A stretch of DNA of 64,000 bases from the NCBI GenBank assembly GCA_046563655.1, contig CM102286.1:9424001-9488000 (forward strand). Reading direction: 5' to 3'. The notes beneath the pieces were generated by a model. That model ran no database searches. It was given only the letters and a program-made list of their open reading frames with translations, and was not told where the DNA came from. Made by a program: the position numbers and the translations under genes. The first letter of the stretch is position 1; the number at the start of each line of letters is the position of its first letter. This DNA is from Yuukianura sp. NJ FZ-2021 (Eukaryota). Positions 59,901 to 64,000 of the stretch are shown one piece after another.

Positions 59901-62659
59901 TTACAACTGCAGAATCTAGCATGCTACTGCAATTCCCTGTAGTATTTTGGTTGAAATTTTTCAAGTGCAACAATGATTAATCGTTTGAGCCTACGTCTTG
60001 TCGCCTCTCTGCCCACTCTAATTTTACAGCCATATGGAATACCAAGCCAAAAAACGCGTGTAGTAGAGACAACGCAAACTTGTTGGCCAACATTCCATAC
60101 TGTAGAATGAATAAGGCAAGCACGGACTATTAGCCTTCGTAAACAACATCAAGAAAGTTTTATCCTGAACCTTGACAACGCGATGTTTCTCAAAATTAGA
60201 AGTAGATAAATGAGGCTTGGTTAACTTTATTTGTCTCAAATACGTTATCCCCGACAAGAAAGTCCTGTTGTAGTTTTAGTGCCACCAAGAACCATTTTTG
60301 AATTTGCGAATAGTATCACAGGCACGCTTAAAATTAGGCCAACCAGTGAGGTCAAGGTCCTGATTATTCCAAGTTGATATCGAATTAATTACAACTGCAG
60401 AATCTAGCATGCTACTGCAATTCCCTGTAGTATTTTGGTTGAAATTTTTCAAGTGCAACAATGATAAATCGTTTGAGCCTACTTCTTGTCGCCTCTCTGC
60501 CCACTCTAATTTTACAGCAATATGGACTACCAAGCCAAAAAACGCGTGTAGTAGAGACAACGCAAACTTGTTGGCCAACATTCCATACTGTAGAATGAAT
60601 AAGGCAAGCACGGACTATTAGCCTTCGTAAACAACATCAAGAAACTTTTATCCTGAACCTTGACAACGCGATGTTTCTCAAAATTAGAAGTAGGTAAATG
60701 AGGCTTGGTTAACTTTATTTGTCTCAAACACGTTATCCCCGACAAGAAAGTCCTGTTGTAGTTTTAGTGCCACCAAGAAGCATTTTTGAATTTGCGAATA
60801 GTATCACAGGCACGCTTAAAATTAGGCCAACCAGTGAGGTCAAGGTTCTGATTATTCCAATTGATATCGAATTAATTACAACTGCAGAATCTAGCATGCT
60901 ACTGCAATTCCCTGTAGTATTTTGGTTGAAATTTTTCAAGTGCAACAATGATTAGTCGTTTGAGCCTACTTCTTGTCTCCTCTCTGCCCACTCTAATTTT
61001 ATAGCCATATGGACTATCAAGCCAAAAAACGCGTGTAGTAGAGACAACGCAAACTTGTTGGCCAGCATTCCATACTGTAGAATGAATAAGGCAAGCACGG
61101 ACTATTAGCCTTCGTAAACAACATCAAGAAACTTTTATCCTGAACCTTGACAACGCGATGTTTCTCAAAATTAGAAGTACGTAAATGAGGCTTGGTTAAC
61201 TTTATTTGTCTCAAACACGTTATCCCCGACAAGAAAGTCCTGTTGTAGTTTTAGTGCCACCAAGAAGCATTTTTGAATTTGCGAATAGTATCACAGGCAC
61301 GCTTAAAATTAGGCCAACCAGTGAGGTCAAGGTCCTGATTATTCCAATTGATATCGAATTAATTACAACTGCATAGAATATAGCATGCTACTGCAATTCC
61401 CTTGTAGTATTTTGGTTGAAATTTTTCAAGTGCAACAATGATTAGTCGTTTGAGCCTACTTCTTGTCGCCTCTCTGCCCACTCTAATTTTACAGCCATAT
61501 GGACTACCAAGCCAAAAAACGCGTGTAGTAGAGACAACGCAAACTTGTTGGCCAACATTCCATACTGTAGAATGAATAAGGCAAGCACGGACTATTAGCC
61601 TTCGTAAACAACATCAAGAAACTTTTATCCTGAAACTTGACAACGCGATGTTTCTCAAAATTAGAAGTAGATAAATGAGGCTTGGTTAACTTTATTTGTC
61701 TCAAACACGTTATCCCCGAAAAGAAAGTCCTGTTGTAGTTTTAGTGCCACCAAGAAGAATTTTTGAATTTGCGAATAGTATCACAGGCACGCTTAAAATT
61801 AGGCCAACCAGTGAGGTCAAGGTCCTGATTATTCCAATTGATATCGAAATAATTACAACTGCAGAATCTAGCATGCTACTGCAATTCCCTGTAGTATTTT
61901 GGTTGAAATTTTTCAAGTGCAACAATGATTAATCGTTTGAGCCTACTTCTTGTCGCCTCTCTGTCCACTCTAATTTTATAGCCATATGGACTACCAAGCA
62001 AAAAACGCGTGTAGTAGAGACAACGCAAACTTATTGGTCAACATTCCATACTGTAGAATGAATAAGGCAAGCACGGACTATTAGCCTTCGTAAACAACAT
62101 CAAGAAACTTTTATCCTGAACCTTGACAACGCGATGTTTCTCAAAATTAGAAGTAGATAAATGAGACTTGGTTAACTTTATTTGTCTCAAACACGTTATC
62201 CCCGACAAGAAAGTCCTGTTGTAGTTTTAGTGCCACCGAGAAGCATTTTTGAATTTGCGAATAGTATCACAGGCACGCCTAAAATTAGGCCAACCAGTGA
62301 GGTCAAGGTCCTGATTATTCCAATTGATATCGAATTAATTACAACTGCATAGAATCTAGCATGCTACTGCAATTCCCTGTAGTATTTTGGTTGAAATTTT
62401 TCAAGTGCAACAATGATTAATCGTTTGAGCCTACTTCTTGTCGCCTCTCTGCCCACTCTAATTTGACAGCCATATGGACTACCAAGCCAAAAAACGCGTG
62501 TAGTAGAGACAACGCAAACTTATTGGTCAACATTCCATACTGTAGAATGAATAAGGCAAGCACGGACTATTAGCCTTCGTAAACAACATCAAGAAACTTT
62601 TATCCTGAACCTTGACAACGCGATGTTTCTCAAAATTAGAAGTAGGTAAATGAGGCTTG
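41930..62659. repeat. Satellite DNA, ~487-bp monomer, ~42 copies
   Basis: Head-to-tail repeat with period 487 (41930, 42417); highly homogeneous. Confidence 0.97.
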
Positions 62660-64000
62660 AGTTTGAGTTTGAGTTTGAGTTTATTGTACTGCAAGTACCC
62701 TGCATGCAGGCCATTACACTTGAGTTTGAGTTAAGTTAAGAAAAGATGTGTAGTTTAGTTACTTGGTAGGTCAATGAAAACAAATTCTGAAAAATATGAG
62801 TCAATTTAAAAAGAGTTACATTGGTAAAATTGAGATTAAAAGTTAAAATTAATATTATTAAAATTATTTCAGACAAAAGAATTACTTAGGGTAGAGTCAA
62901 GACAGGACATATTTGCTAGGTTTGAACTTTTTGTCGTCGTCAAGATTTGTAAATTCAGAAAATGTTTGTGAAGGGCATTCCGGAAGTGTGCAAATGGTTT
63001 GCCAATTCGAAGATCCTGAAGTTCAGTCGGTAGAGCACAGATTATTTTGGCAATTGTAGGAATAAAGGCCTTTGAATGGAAATGTTTGTCATTCACTGAA
63101 ACGTAGGATCCGCTTCGTGTTGATTTTTTTTTTGTTTTAGACAGTTTTCAATTTGTAAGATGGTCTCCTGGAAGTATGGAATTTGATGAGACTTCATTTT
63201 AGCAAATACTTGAACCAATTCGAACAGGTTGTGATGAGTAGGTAGTAACCATTGGAGTTCAAAGTTTAGCTTCTCCATGACACAGTCACGTTTTCTGAGT
63301 TGATAGATGAATCTTATACTTTTCCGAAAAATCTTGTTGATGCACTTAAATTGGGAGGTTTTGCAGTTTGCCCAAATGATCAGCATGTATTGCAGAATTG
63401 GAGAGATGTATGAAGTCACCATTAGCTTCCTGTGTTGTTCGGAGAGAAGATTTTGAATTGGGTAGAGTGACCACAGAATTGAATTGCATTTCTTGATTAT
63501 GGAGATGTGATGTTCACACCATGTTAACGTATTATCAATTGTAAGACCGAGTGATTTGAAAGATGTTACACTTGTCACACTAGTGTTTCCCACTTGTAGT
63601 TGAATTAAGCCAATTTTGTCAATTATTTTCTTCTTCCCAATCAAAAGCACTTTGGTTTTTTCTATGTTCAGTGACATATGATTCTTTTCCATCCAGTTAT
63701 TAATTTTTCCAATTAGTATTTCTGCTCTTTGAATTAAGGAATTCACATGGTCTGGATGATCTGCAAGCACAATGTTGTTGTCGTCTGCAAATAGAATTGC
63801 AGACGCATCAGTTATGATATCCAAAAGGTCATTGATCATAATGGCAAACAGTAGAGGACCAAGTACTGAGCCTTGAGGAACTGACAAAATGGTTTGACGG
63901 GAAGTTGAACTTGACTTGTGAATTTCTACATGCTGTGACCTACTGCTCAGATAGGATTCAAACCATTTAGTTGAAATATTGTACCACCGCATTTTATCAA
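62660..64000 (-). mobile_element. 3' part of a non-LTR retrotransposon (CR1/L2-like LINE)
   Basis: RT ORF, AT-rich 3' UTR, stem-loops CCTGCATGCAGG and GTACTTGCAGTAC, and an AATAAA plus (CTCAAA)n tail abutting the satellite. Confidence 0.9.
62869..64000 (-). pseudogene. LINE ORF2 reverse transcriptase, C-terminal part, frameshifted near the end
   Basis: WFESYLS.R.Q, VPQGSVLGPLLF...INDL, LFADD, LN.EKTK, LG..ID..L.W..H. The C-terminal 'ALPTELQD...F...L' segment lies in another frame (62869-63096). Runs off the window. Confidence 0.88.

Noticed and set aside
27401..62659. Dozens of 60-170 aa ORFs in the two arrays; possible CRISPR-like array
   Set aside because: The ORFs are recurrent translations of satellite monomers, broken by indels at random. 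There is no repeat/unique-spacer structure and no cas genes.

Overview
Eukaryotic (most likely invertebrate/arthropod) repeat-rich DNA with no ordinary host gene. From left to right: a DINE/Helentron-like fragment; a short-LTR Gypsy-type element (120-bp LTR, tRNA-iMet PBS, gag only); an intact BEL/Pao retrotransposon nested in its leader (637-7120, 5-bp TSD CACCG); a fragment of a second, related LTR; then a ~18.7-kb Maverick/Polinton (~8698-27400). The Polinton carries protein-primed PolB, packaging ATPase, integrase, minor and major capsid, adenain-like protease and accessory genes, and its intact right end (ACTACT) sits directly in a 183-bp satellite (~79 copies). That array switches abruptly to a 487-bp satellite (~42 copies), which ends at the 3' tail of a CR1/L2-like LINE. 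Most notable: the Polinton appears to be a spliced, intron-containing virus-like element. Three ~60-bp introns join a triple C2H2 zinc-finger leader onto the DNA polymerase, single introns complete a core-like protein, an F-box cargo protein and a small orphan gene, and that orphan gene has been hit by two inverted copies of a hAT MITE. All splicing and family calls are by-eye predictions.
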